From assembly GCA_013153315.1 (NCBI GenBank), contig JAADES010000048.1, positions 812 through 64,811 of the forward strand: a stretch of DNA of 64,000 nt, given 5' to 3'. This DNA is from Aquificota bacterium (GTDB taxonomy: Bacteria > Aquificota > Aquificia > Aquificales > QOAS01). This document shows, piece by piece, positions 9,589 through 19,539 of the stretch (position 1 is the first letter of the stretch; the number at the start of each line of letters is the position of its first letter). The notes below the pieces were generated by a model. That model worked only from the letters and a program-made list of their open reading frames with translations. It was not told the origin of the DNA and did not search any database. A program made the translations under genes and the position numbers.

Positions 9589-11058
9589 ATGCCCTACAAG
9601 GATTTAAGGGAATTTATCCACGATTTGGAAAAAGAAGGAGAACTTTTAAGGGTTAAAGAACCCATATCCCCAATTTTGGAAATTTCCTATTTCACCGACA
9701 GGGTTTCCAAATTCCCGCCGCCCAAAAATAAGGCGATACTTTTTGAAAACCCCGTAAAGGAAGATGGAACACCCTACGGCATACCGGTGTTGACTAATGC
9801 CCTCGGAAGCGAAAAACGGATAAAAATGGCGTTGGGCTACGAAAATTTGGAAGAGATAGGTTGGAAACTCTACCGAATATTACGCCCCGAAGTTCCCAAC
9901 ACCTTTTTGGAGAAATTAAAAAAACTCCCCGAATTGAAAAAACTCAACGATGCTATCCCCAAAGTGGTAAGAAGTGGAAAAGTCCAAGAGGTGGTTAAAA
10001 AAGGTAAAGAGGTCAACCTTTTTGAGTTTCCCATCTTAAAAACCTGGGAAAAGGATGCGGGAAGATTTATAACCCTACCGCAGGTTATAACCAAAGACCC
10101 CGAAACGGGAATAAGAAATGTGGGAATGTACCGAATGCAGGTCTTGGACGAAAGAACCACGGCCATGCACTGGCAAATCCACAAAGACGGGAACCATCAC
10201 TATTGGAAGGCTAAAAAATTGGGCAAAAAATTGGAAGTTGCCGTAGCAATAGGGGGCGACCCCGTTTTAACCTACGTGGCCACCGCACCCCTACCGCCCG
10301 AAGTGGACGAATATCTATTTGCCGGCATAATACGGGAAAAGCCCGTAGAGTTGGTAAAAGGAATTACCGTAGACATAGAATATCCCGCTAACGCGGAAAT
10401 TGTTTTGGAAGGATATGTCGACCCCAACGAGGAATTGGTTGTGGAAGGGCCTTTCGGCGACCACACAGGTTTTTATACACCCCCCGCACTCTATCCCAAA
10501 TTCCACATTACCGCAATAGTTCACCGAAGAAATCCAATCTACCAAGCTACAGTTGTAGGGAAACCGCCCCAAGAGGACAAATGGATAGGTTACGCCACCG
10601 AAAGGATTTTCCTACCTCTAATTAAATTCAACCTACCCGAGGTTGTCGATATTCATTTACCCGCCGAAGGGGTTTTTCATAATTTCGCCTTTGTCTCGAT
10701 AAAAAAACGCTACCCCGGCCACGCCTATAAAGTAGCCTACGCCCTTTTGGGTATGGGACTAATGTCTTTAACCAAACACATAATAGTTTTCGACGAATGG
10801 GTTAATGTGCACGACCTTGGCGAGGTTCTTTGGATATGGGGAAACAATGTCGACCCCCAAAGGGACGTTTTAATACTAAAGGGCCCCATAGATGTGTTAG
10901 ACCACTCTACCAACGAAGAGGGCTTCGGTGGGAAAATGATTATAGACGCCACCAAAAAGTGGAAAGAAGAAGGTTATACCCGCACCTGGCCCGAAGTTGT
11001 TGATGTCCCCCAAGAGGTAAAGAAAAAAGTTCAACAAATGTTGGACAAATATTTTTAA
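9589..11058 (+). CDS. UbiD-family (prenylated-FMN-dependent) aromatic decarboxylase
   Basis: 489 aa. 'KDLREFIHDLEKEGELLRV', 'NVGMYRMQV', 'GPFGDHTGFY' are typical of UbiD-type decarboxylases. Confidence 0.85.
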   Translation: MPYKDLREFIHDLEKEGELLRVKEPISPILEISYFTDRVSKFPPPKNKAILFENPVKEDGTPYGIPVLTNALGSEKRIKMALGYENLEEIGWKLYRILRPEVPNTFLEKLKKLPELKKLNDAIPKVVRSGKVQEVVKKGKEVNLFEFPILKTWEKDAGRFITLPQVITKDPETGIRNVGMYRMQVLDERTTAMHWQIHKDGNHHYWKAKKLGKKLEVAVAIGGDPVLTYVATAPLPPEVDEYLFAGIIREKPVELVKGITVDIEYPANAEIVLEGYVDPNEELVVEGPFGDHTGFYTPPALYPKFHITAIVHRRNPIYQATVVGKPPQEDKWIGYATERIFLPLIKFNLPEVVDIHLPAEGVFHNFAFVSIKKRYPGHAYKVAYALLGMGLMSLTKHIIVFDEWVNVHDLGEVLWIWGNNVDPQRDVLILKGPIDVLDHSTNEEGFGGKMIIDATKKWKEEGYTRTWPEVVDVPQEVKKKVQQMLDKYF

Positions 11059-11111
11059 ATTTCCTTTTTCTTTTTAACAAAATTGTTAACAATACTCTTA
11101 AAGTTTTCCTA

Positions 11112-11140
11112 TTGTTAACCTTCCTGTAAAAGTTTACAAT
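11112..11140 (+). promoter_or_regulatory. candidate sigma70-type promoter of glnA (-35 TTGTTA, 17-nt spacer, -10 TACAAT)
   Basis: TTGTTA at 11112-11117 and TACAAT at 11135-11140, 34 nt upstream of the glnA ATG. The -35 overlaps a copy of ATTGTTAAC that also occurs in the perfect palindrome ATTGTTAACAAT at 11082-11093. Confidence 0.35.
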
Positions 11141-11173
11141 TGAAATCGGTAAACCTATTAAAGGAGGTTTAAA

Positions 11174-12580
11174 ATGCCCAAATATACCCCCGAAGAGGTT
11201 TTGGCTCAAATTAAAGACCTCGGAATTAAGTTTGTTGACCTAAGATTTTCCGACCCCTTCGGTCAGTGGCAGCACCTAACCATCCCCGCCGAGGAACTAT
11301 CCCTATCCACCTTCGAAGAGGGAAGGGGATTTGACGGTTCCTCCATCAGAGGTTGGCAGTCCATTAACGAATCCGACATGCTCGCAAAACCCGACCCTAA
11401 CACATTCTTCATAGACCCCTTTGTGCCCGACACCGCTGTTCTAATTTGCGACATCTACGACCCCGTAACCGGCGAAAGATACAAGAGGGACACCAGATAT
11501 GTAGCCCAAAAGGCGGAAAAATATCTCAAAGAAAGCGGAATAGGTGACACCGCCTACTTTGGCCCCGAGGCAGAATTCTTCATATTTGATAGCGTAGCCT
11601 TCGAAGTAGGCCCCAACTATGCATATTGGAGAGTAGACAGCGAAGAAGGTTGGTGGAACAGAGGCGTAGACGGAACGGGCTACAAAATTCCCCACAAAAG
11701 AGGATACTTCCCCGTGCCTCCTCTGGACAAGACTATGGAACTCCGTAACGAAATGGTTGAAATCCTCGAACAGCTCGGTATCACTGTAGAACTCCACCAC
11801 CACGAAGTTGCAACTGCTGGACAGGCCGAAATTGACATAAGATACGACAGCCTACTAAACCAAGCCGACAAACTCTTCAAATACAAATATGTGGTTAGAA
11901 ACGTAGCCGCCAGACACGGCAAATATGCCACATTCATGGCCAAAGTTCTCCCCAACGACAACGGTTCCGGAATGCACACCCACTTCTCCATTTGGAAAAA
12001 CGGAGAAAACCTATTTGCCGGAAGCGGTTACGCAGGACTATCTGAAATCGCCCTGTGGGCTATCGGCGGTATCATCAAACACGGCCCCGCAATAGCTGCC
12101 TTCACCAACCCCACAATAAACTCCTACCACAGGTTGGTTCCCGGTTTCGAAGCTCCCGTAAGATTGGCCTACTCCGCAAGAAACCGTTCCGCCGCGATAA
12201 GAATACCTATGTATTCCCAAAACCCCAAAGCCAAGAGAATAGAGGTAAGATTCCCCGACGCAACCTCCAACCCCTACTTGGCGTTCGCAGCTATCTTGAT
12301 GGCCGCTATCGACGGAATTGAAAACCGCATAGACCCCGGCGAACCCTTCGACAAAGACATCTACTCCCTACCTCCCGAAGAGTTGGCCAACATACCCCAA
12401 CTACCCGGCTCCCTCGAAGAGGCTATCAAAGCCCTCGAAAACGACTATGAATTCCTACTCAAAGGCGACGTATTTACCGAAGACCTCATCGAAATGTGGA
12501 TTGAAGCTAAAAGGGCCGAAATCGACGCCCTCAGATTTACACCCCACCCCCTCGAATTCGAGCTCTACTTCGATATTTAA
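11174..12580 (+). CDS. glnA: glutamine synthetase type I
   Basis: 468 aa. AAAGGAGG RBS. 'FDGSSIRGW', 'GSGMHTHFSIW', 'RIEVRFPDATSNPYLAFAA'. Confidence 0.95.
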   Translation: MPKYTPEEVLAQIKDLGIKFVDLRFSDPFGQWQHLTIPAEELSLSTFEEGRGFDGSSIRGWQSINESDMLAKPDPNTFFIDPFVPDTAVLICDIYDPVTGERYKRDTRYVAQKAEKYLKESGIGDTAYFGPEAEFFIFDSVAFEVGPNYAYWRVDSEEGWWNRGVDGTGYKIPHKRGYFPVPPLDKTMELRNEMVEILEQLGITVELHHHEVATAGQAEIDIRYDSLLNQADKLFKYKYVVRNVAARHGKYATFMAKVLPNDNGSGMHTHFSIWKNGENLFAGSGYAGLSEIALWAIGGIIKHGPAIAAFTNPTINSYHRLVPGFEAPVRLAYSARNRSAAIRIPMYSQNPKAKRIEVRFPDATSNPYLAFAAILMAAIDGIENRIDPGEPFDKDIYSLPPEELANIPQLPGSLEEAIKALENDYEFLLKGDVFTEDLIEMWIEAKRAEIDALRFTPHPLEFELYFDI

Positions 12581-12647
12581 TAAACCTTTTCTTTCTTTTC
12601 CTTCCTTTTTCAGTTTCAAAATAGAGAAAACCTAAGAAGGGAAATCT

Positions 12648-14546
12648 TTAAAGCTTTTCCAACTGTTGGACAATCCTATTAAATATCCCCTCGGGGGATA
12701 GACCGACCTTTTCCCTAAGAAGGTTTTGTGCACCGTGGGGAACAAACTCGTCGGGCAGACCTATATTTAAAACCTTCACCTTTTGGAGAAGAGAATTTTT
12801 ATTCAACTCTTCGAGGACGGCAGAGCCAAAACCTCCCACAACGGTGTTTTCTTCAACTGTAACCAAAAGGTGGTGTTTTTGAGCCAATTCCTTTAAAAGG
12901 TCGGTGTCCAAAGGTTTAACAAAACGGGCGTTTACCACTGTGGCTTTAATACCTTTTTTCTCTTCCAGCAGCCGGGCCGCCTCCAAGCTCCAAGAAACTG
13001 CTATACCTACGGCTAAAATGGCAACTTTTCCATCCCCTTGAGCAAGAATTTCCCAACTGCCTACGGGTATTTCTTTAAAACCTTTTTCTTTTTGTGGACT
13101 TTCTACCACCGCACCCCTCGGATACCTAATAGCAAAGGGCCCCTTTTCCCACTTTAGGGCGGTATAGAGCAAAGAACGCAGTTCCTCTTCATCTTTGGGG
13201 GCGGCTATAACCATATTCGGAATACACCTTAAATAGGAAAGGTCGAAAGCTCCGTGGTGGGTTGGGCCGTCTTCGCCCACTAACCCCGCACGGTCTATAG
13301 CCAAAACAACCGGCAATTTTTGAAGGGCTATATCGTGGATTATCTGGTCGTAAGCTCTCTGCATAAAAGTTGAGTAGTAGCAAAGCACAGGTTTAAGTCC
13401 TTGGGTGGCCAAACCTGCGCTAAAGGTGGCTGCATGCTGTTCGGCTATACCGACATCAAAAAATCTTTCGGGAAACTTTGACGCAAACTTCGATAAACCG
13501 CTTCCCTCTTTCATAGCGGGGGTTATTGCAACTATCCGTTGGTCCTTTTCGGCCAACTCGACCAACGCGTCGCCGAAGGCCTGCGACCAACTGCGGCTTT
13601 TTTTCTTTGCGCTTTCGCCCGTTTCCAACTTGTAAGGCCCCACACCGTGCCACTTTACGGGGTTTTCTTCCGCGGGTTTATAACCCTTTCCTTTAACCGT
13701 CCTTATATGGAGCAAAACGGGCCCTTCTATCCTCTTAATGTTTTCCAAAGTTTGAACCAAAAGGGGAATATTGTGTCCATCGATAACCCCTATGTAGTTA
13801 AATCCCAATTCCTCAAAGAGGATTCCCGGAGATATTAACCCTTTAAGGAATTCTTCAAAAAGTTTCATCAACTTTAGGCCGGGTTTAAAGTTGTTTTCCA
13901 ATATGCGTTTTATTTTTTGTCTCAAATCTTGGACGAATTTTCCGCTGTAAACCTTATTTAGGTAATTGGAAACGGCCCCCACATTGGGAGAAATAGACAT
14001 TTCATTGTCGTTGAGGATTACTATAAAGCGGTTGGGTCGAAGTTGGCCGGCGTTATTTAGCCCTTCCCAAGCTTCTCCTCCCGTTAGGGCACCATCTCCG
14101 ATAACCGCTATAACAAAATCATCCTTTTGCCCCGTTAAATCCTTCCCCTTTCTTATACCGAGAGCCGCTGATATGGAGGTGGAACTGTGGCCAACGGTAA
14201 AAGCGTCGTAGGGGCTTTCTCCCCGTTTTATAAAGCCCGATATACCCCCATACTGCCTTAAGGAGGGAAACTTCTCCTTTCGGTCGGTTAGGATTTTCCA
14301 AGGATAACTTTGGTGGCCAACATCCCACACAACCACATCTTTGGGAGGATTAAAAACCCTAAGCAGGGCTATGGTTAATTCAACCACCCCCAAGGAGGGC
14401 CCTACATGTCCCCCCGTTCGGGAAGTTACTTTAATTATGTAATCCCTAACTTCGGAAGCTAATAAAGGAAGTTCCTCCAAAGGTAGTTTCTTTAAATCCT
14501 CCGGCGAATGGGTATTCTTCAAAATTTTGTATTGTTCCCAATCCAA
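12648..14546 (-). CDS. dxs: 1-deoxy-D-xylulose-5-phosphate synthase
   Basis: 632 aa. 'GGHVGPSLGVVELT', ThDP motif 'GDGALTGGEAWEGLNNA', and a transketolase-like C-terminal half. Confidence 0.95.
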   Translation of the reverse strand: MDWEQYKILKNTHSPEDLKKLPLEELPLLASEVRDYIIKVTSRTGGHVGPSLGVVELTIALLRVFNPPKDVVVWDVGHQSYPWKILTDRKEKFPSLRQYGGISGFIKRGESPYDAFTVGHSSTSISAALGIRKGKDLTGQKDDFVIAVIGDGALTGGEAWEGLNNAGQLRPNRFIVILNDNEMSISPNVGAVSNYLNKVYSGKFVQDLRQKIKRILENNFKPGLKLMKLFEEFLKGLISPGILFEELGFNYIGVIDGHNIPLLVQTLENIKRIEGPVLLHIRTVKGKGYKPAEENPVKWHGVGPYKLETGESAKKKSRSWSQAFGDALVELAEKDQRIVAITPAMKEGSGLSKFASKFPERFFDVGIAEQHAATFSAGLATQGLKPVLCYYSTFMQRAYDQIIHDIALQKLPVVLAIDRAGLVGEDGPTHHGAFDLSYLRCIPNMVIAAPKDEEELRSLLYTALKWEKGPFAIRYPRGAVVESPQKEKGFKEIPVGSWEILAQGDGKVAILAVGIAVSWSLEAARLLEEKKGIKATVVNARFVKPLDTDLLKELAQKHHLLVTVEENTVVGGFGSAVLEELNKNSLLQKVKVLNIGLPDEFVPHGAQNLLREKVGLSPEGIFNRIVQQLEKL

Positions 14547-14612
14547 CTTCTGCCCCCCTAAGGAGTTTGAATTAATGGTTTTACTAAATTTAAAACCTGA
14601 AGGAGGTCTATT

Positions 14613-17495
14613 ATGAAAACAAAAAAACTTTTAACGGCTTTGGCTTTATTTGGAAGCTTGGGAGTTGTTAACCATAGTTGGGGTGAAACTGTTCAGGAAA
14701 TTTGTCAAACAACTACCGAAACATTACCCGGTGCATTTGCCAACCTTATGTTGGTTTTGGACTATTCGGGAAGTATGAATGATTACATATATAGAAACTC
14801 GCGATGGTCTACTTATGACTCTAACAAGTTATATTTTGGATATTTCGACCCATTTGGTGCCTATATATACGATACTTCGGTTGGGGCTTATAAAAAAATA
14901 GGAAATGTTAATCCTGATTTATTAAATGCTGGCTATGGAAATCAATTTAAATATGGTTGGCGACATGGTTATGGATATGGATATAAACATCAGTATGGTA
15001 AGCGAGGTATAAAGGTTTTCAGTGGTAATTACCTCAACTGGTACTATATGACCAAAGTAGACCTATTAAGGTTAATTCTTACAGGAGGAAAAACTACCTT
15101 TAGTGGAAATAGTTATGTTGAGTATACATATACTTTACCCCAACCGGCAATAACATACACCTGCCCGCAATATCAAAACGATTTAGTTAAAGATATAATC
15201 CTTTTTGGAAAAAGTTTAACCCAGTTGGTTCAGCAGGCAGCAAATGTAGATAGTTTAAATCCCGATGATATAAACCAAAATGTAGCTTCTTGTTTGTATA
15301 AATTGGCATCTGAAGCTCAAAATGTGAATACAACCCAATTGCAAACAGAAATACAAAATATTTGGAATAATTCCGCCGATTTTGATAGTTTTGTAGAAAG
15401 CGAAGGTTTATCTCCACAAGATTTTAATAATTTCTTAAACAACAAAAATACCGACTACAAGAGCGCGATTTACAACTTGCTAAATGATTTATTTAACAAT
15501 GTGGTGCTGTCTACTATAAATTCAGAAACTTTTAAAAATCCCGATATTAAAAACTATATACAACAACTAATAGACTATGCAAAAAACGGTTTATATAGCA
15601 TTGCTAACGGTTTAGGTAGCTCAATAGATGCCAATAACATTGAAAACAATTTCCTAACAAATATAAACAACTATACTAACACTGTTAGAGATAAAATAAG
15701 CAACACCTATAGTTATGTTTCTGCGGATATAGACAAGCTAATCCAACTTTGCGAAAAATTACCAAATTGCCAGTATGATGCCACCCAAAACGCAATTATC
15801 TATAAAGCCTATGCTCCACAAAGCTTATTACAGTTCTACTGTCCTATGCTAGACACCTTTAATGCAGATTGGGCCAAAAGACACTTTTTCTGCAGATTTT
15901 TACCTCACGGCTATTTAAGAAAAGCCTGTCACAACGGAGAGGTTCAAATTTCCTGCCAAACCGAAACTGGAACTTTATTTGTGGAACTCCAAGATGGAAC
16001 AAAAATTTATGCTAACTCCACTATAACTTATAACCCTGCAAATGGACAGGTGGAAGGTTTACTCCAAAGGTTGGAAGAAGTTTCTTATAAACCTCGTGTT
16101 GGAGCAGCTTTATATTCCAACCCTTCGGATGATGAAGTTATTAAAGATTGGATTTATCCCGGCTATAGCTACAGTGGTGTTATAGATGTTATAAACAATG
16201 AAAATCCGGAAGGAGGAACTCCCACCGGTGAAGCTTTTGATGAAATCAAAAGATATTTCTCGCGGGAAAGCGGCGTTTGGGGCGGTTTTTCCACCAACGA
16301 TGCAGGATATGTAGACCCCTATACTTTTACTATAAATGTCGACAACTATACAATTGAAGATTCTAAAAATTTAAACATCTTAATTTCCGACGGTGCTTGG
16401 AACGGACACGGTGGTGTATACAATTATCCGCCAAGTAACTGTTTAAACGATAGCATAGCTATGAAAAATTTACCCGATGTTAGTGTATCATGGAGTAACT
16501 ACTGGATATGTGCTATAGACCCTGCTCAACCTGTTTACAATATGTGGAAAGGCTCAAAAGCTGATTTAGTCCCAGAATTGGCCGGAAACCAAAATGTGGA
16601 AACAATATCGGTTCCCGTACTAATGGATAGCTCTCAAAGCTACGGCTTAAATGCTATGAAAAATATAGCTATAGCGGGCGGTTTTATCGATAAGGATAAT
16701 GACCAATTACCGGCTGGTTACACTTCCGAACCTCCTAATCCTCAATGCGGAGCCGACCAAGGGCCCCCTTGCGGTTCGTTCGTAGATATTCCTTCTGCCA
16801 ACAGTGACCCCAACAATGAATGGCACACTAATAGCGGTGACATAGTTAATTACTACTCGGCCAGCCAACCCTATGACCTTTTGAGCGCATTGGTTAAAAG
16901 CTTTGAAAATGCTGTAGGCAAAATTAAAAATGTAACTTGTTACCAGCTTCTAACAGAAAAAGAAATTCCTTCCGCATTCATAGCTAATTATGTTAGAAAT
17001 ACCCTTCAGGAGATTAACACCTACGTTAATTCGGACAATTTGGACTACTATAAAAAGGCTGCAGAAGCATTACTTAATTTAGTGCATTATGACTTGTATT
17101 TAGCTAACTATCCTTATTTAGCAAAAATAGAGTTTCTTATAAATCAAATAAATTCCGCAAGCGATGTAACCTCGTTCCAAAATGCAGTAAACAATGCTAT
17201 TTCTACCGTCTTTCTAAGCTACCGACAAGCGTTAATGAATACTTTGAATGCTTTAATTCAAACCTTGGAAGAACAAATTCAAAACTCCGGCGGAGAGGTT
17301 ACAGAAGAAATTCTTAACACCGAAAGGAAAATTGTTAAAACTGTCCGCAATTTAGCAGTTCTATACAATCAAAACCCCGCGGAGGTTACTCAAACTTTGG
17401 AAAATAATATAAACAACCCTCAACAGTTCTTAACCGAAACTAAGAATGCCGCCGCAAGCTACAGTGTTCAAATTCTCCTTTGGTTGGAATATTAA
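14613..17495 (+). CDS. secreted cysteine-rich protein with a split von Willebrand factor A (MIDAS) domain; PilY1-like adhesin candidate
   Basis: 960 aa. GAAGGAGG RBS. Signal peptide 'MKTKKLLTALALFGSLGVVNHSWG'. MIDAS 'DYSGS' near residue 50, 'GGTPTGEAF' near 535, 'ILISDGAWNG' near 590. N/Y/Q-rich helical insert and tail. Visibly lower GC than the flanking dxs and leuA. Confidence 0.6.
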   Translation: MKTKKLLTALALFGSLGVVNHSWGETVQEICQTTTETLPGAFANLMLVLDYSGSMNDYIYRNSRWSTYDSNKLYFGYFDPFGAYIYDTSVGAYKKIGNVNPDLLNAGYGNQFKYGWRHGYGYGYKHQYGKRGIKVFSGNYLNWYYMTKVDLLRLILTGGKTTFSGNSYVEYTYTLPQPAITYTCPQYQNDLVKDIILFGKSLTQLVQQAANVDSLNPDDINQNVASCLYKLASEAQNVNTTQLQTEIQNIWNNSADFDSFVESEGLSPQDFNNFLNNKNTDYKSAIYNLLNDLFNNVVLSTINSETFKNPDIKNYIQQLIDYAKNGLYSIANGLGSSIDANNIENNFLTNINNYTNTVRDKISNTYSYVSADIDKLIQLCEKLPNCQYDATQNAIIYKAYAPQSLLQFYCPMLDTFNADWAKRHFFCRFLPHGYLRKACHNGEVQISCQTETGTLFVELQDGTKIYANSTITYNPANGQVEGLLQRLEEVSYKPRVGAALYSNPSDDEVIKDWIYPGYSYSGVIDVINNENPEGGTPTGEAFDEIKRYFSRESGVWGGFSTNDAGYVDPYTFTINVDNYTIEDSKNLNILISDGAWNGHGGVYNYPPSNCLNDSIAMKNLPDVSVSWSNYWICAIDPAQPVYNMWKGSKADLVPELAGNQNVETISVPVLMDSSQSYGLNAMKNIAIAGGFIDKDNDQLPAGYTSEPPNPQCGADQGPPCGSFVDIPSANSDPNNEWHTNSGDIVNYYSASQPYDLLSALVKSFENAVGKIKNVTCYQLLTEKEIPSAFIANYVRNTLQEINTYVNSDNLDYYKKAAEALLNLVHYDLYLANYPYLAKIEFLINQINSASDVTSFQNAVNNAISTVFLSYRQALMNTLNALIQTLEEQIQNSGGEVTEEILNTERKIVKTVRNLAVLYNQNPAEVTQTLENNINNPQQFLTETKNAAASYSVQILLWLEY

Positions 17496-17508
17496 AAAAA
17501 AGAAAAAA

Positions 17509-19092
17509 TTAAACAGTTCCGCTTTCTCTTATCTGTTTTTTGGAAGCTAAATATTCTTTACGAGCCAACAATCTGTTTAGAGCATCTACATAAGCTTTCA
17601 CACTGGCTTTAACGATATCTATATCGCTGGCTCTACCACTTGCTTTAATGGAATCAAGTTCTATAACCACCCTTGCTTCTGCCTGCGCGTCGGTGTTGGG
17701 GGTTAAAGCTTTAATGGAATAGTCAACAAATTTGGGATAAATGCCGGTAGCCTTTTGGATAGCCTTTATAGCGGCATCCACCGGGCCATTTCCCGTTTCG
17801 GTAGCCGTTTTTTCTTCTCCTTTGAAAATGACTTTTACCGTAGCCGTGGGGAGAATATTGTTTCCGGTTTGAACCTGCAAATGTTTTAACTTTAAGAAAT
17901 CCTCTTCGGCGGAAGTTCTAAATTGTTCATATATTAGGGCTTCCAAATCTTCTTCGTAAATCTCTTTCTTTTGGTCGGCTAAGGCTTTGAATTTTTCAAA
18001 TAGGCGGTTTAGGGTTTCTTCGTCCACTTCATAGCCCAACTCTTGGAGTTTTGCTTTTAAAGCATGCCTACCCGAGTGTTTTCCTAAAACTATTTTGGAT
18101 TTGGGAAAACCTACATCTTCGGGACGCATAATTTCGTAGGTTTCTCTTTTGGCCAATACGCCGTGTTGGTGTATGCCGCTTTCGTGGGCAAAGGCGTTGT
18201 CTCCCACAATAGCCTTGTTAGGCTGGACAAAGGTTCCCGTAATTCGGCAAAGTAGGCGGGAGGTTTTATATAGCTCTTTTGTATTAACTTGGGTATACAA
18301 ACCTTTAAAGTGGTCTTTGCGAACATTTAAAGCCATTACCACCTCTTCCAAAGCTGCGTTTCCCGCCCTTTCGCCGATACCGTTTATAGTGCATTCAACT
18401 TGCCTTGCCCCTGCCAAAACAGCCATTAAAGAGTTTGCGGTGGCCAAGCCCAAATCGTCGTGGCAGTGAACGGAGATTATTGCTTTATCTATGTTGGGAA
18501 CATTGTCTTTTATATCCTTTATAAGTTGATAAAACTCGTCGGGAATTGCATATCCCACGGTGTCGGGAATATTAATTACCGTGGCGCCTGCTTTTATAAC
18601 TTCTTCAATAATTTTGTAGAGAAAGTCCCTTTCGCTACGGGTAGCATCTTCGCATGAAAATTCCACATCGTCGGTAAAGTTCCGTGCGAATTTTACAGCT
18701 TTAACGGCCCTTTCCAAAACCTGTTCGGGCTCCATTTTTAGTTTGTATTTCATATGTATGGGAGAAGTAGCTATAAAGGTGTGTATTCTTTTCCTTTCGG
18801 CAGGCTTCAAAGCGGTTGCGGCCGCCTCTATATCCTTTTCCAAAGCCCTCGCTAAGGAACAGATTGTTGGGCCTTTTACCTCTTTTGCTATTAGATTTAT
18901 AGCTTCCCAGTCCCCTTTGGAAGCCGCGGCAAAACCTGCCTCTATTATGTCAACGTTTAATTTGGCCAATTGATGGGCCATTTGAAGTTTTTCTTGGGTT
19001 GTCATGGAAAAACCGGGGGCCTGCTCCCCGTCACGGAGTGTGGTATCGAAAATATAAACTTTTTCACCTTTTCCTTCTTGTGGTGCAGTCAT
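17509..19092 (-). CDS. leuA: 2-isopropylmalate synthase
   Basis: 527 aa. 'IFDTTLRDGEQAPG', 'HCHDDLGLATANSL', and a C-terminal LeuA dimerisation/regulatory domain. Confidence 0.9.
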   Translation of the reverse strand: MTAPQEGKGEKVYIFDTTLRDGEQAPGFSMTTQEKLQMAHQLAKLNVDIIEAGFAAASKGDWEAINLIAKEVKGPTICSLARALEKDIEAAATALKPAERKRIHTFIATSPIHMKYKLKMEPEQVLERAVKAVKFARNFTDDVEFSCEDATRSERDFLYKIIEEVIKAGATVINIPDTVGYAIPDEFYQLIKDIKDNVPNIDKAIISVHCHDDLGLATANSLMAVLAGARQVECTINGIGERAGNAALEEVVMALNVRKDHFKGLYTQVNTKELYKTSRLLCRITGTFVQPNKAIVGDNAFAHESGIHQHGVLAKRETYEIMRPEDVGFPKSKIVLGKHSGRHALKAKLQELGYEVDEETLNRLFEKFKALADQKKEIYEEDLEALIYEQFRTSAEEDFLKLKHLQVQTGNNILPTATVKVIFKGEEKTATETGNGPVDAAIKAIQKATGIYPKFVDYSIKALTPNTDAQAEARVVIELDSIKASGRASDIDIVKASVKAYVDALNRLLARKEYLASKKQIRESGTV

Positions 19093-19290
19093 TTTATACC
19101 TCCCAAATTGGGGTTTTTTATTACTACCTTCGAAGGTTTAACTTAACAGTATATGTTTCAAGCAACTATGAATTTTGTTATTTAATTTTGCAGTTGCAAA
19201 TCGTTAGCAAAAAGTTAAAGGAAGAAGATAGATGAAAATCCCTAAGGGGAAAAATAATCAAACATTTTGAGGCCCCTATATTAAAACCCT

Positions 19291-19509
19291 ATGGTGGGCA
19301 ACAAAATAAAAACCGAATTTGTGGTTCTCGAAGGTAATTCCGTGGAAATTACTTCCAAGTTAAATGAAATTCTTGACGCCCTCCAAGAAGCGGGTGCGGT
19401 TATAAAAGACATTAAAGTTAATTACACCAAAGAGCACGGATTTGATGGGTTTTTGGTGGCTTATACAATAGTTATGGAAGTTCCAAAAGAAATGGAATTG
19501 GAAGCTTAA
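19291..19509 (+). CDS. hypothetical small protein (72 aa)
   Basis: An ORF in otherwise non-coding space. No recognisable motif, and coding status unverified. Confidence 0.35.
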   Translation: MVGNKIKTEFVVLEGNSVEITSKLNEILDALQEAGAVIKDIKVNYTKEHGFDGFLVAYTIVMEVPKEMELEA

Positions 19510-19539
19510 GGAATTTGTTTTAAAAGGAAAAAGAAAGAA

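Noticed and set aside
12581-12647. Terminator hairpin between the convergent glnA and dxs genes
   Set aside because: Only an imperfect TTTCCTTC...GAAGGGAAA pairing across a loop of about 30 nt was found, which is too weak to support.
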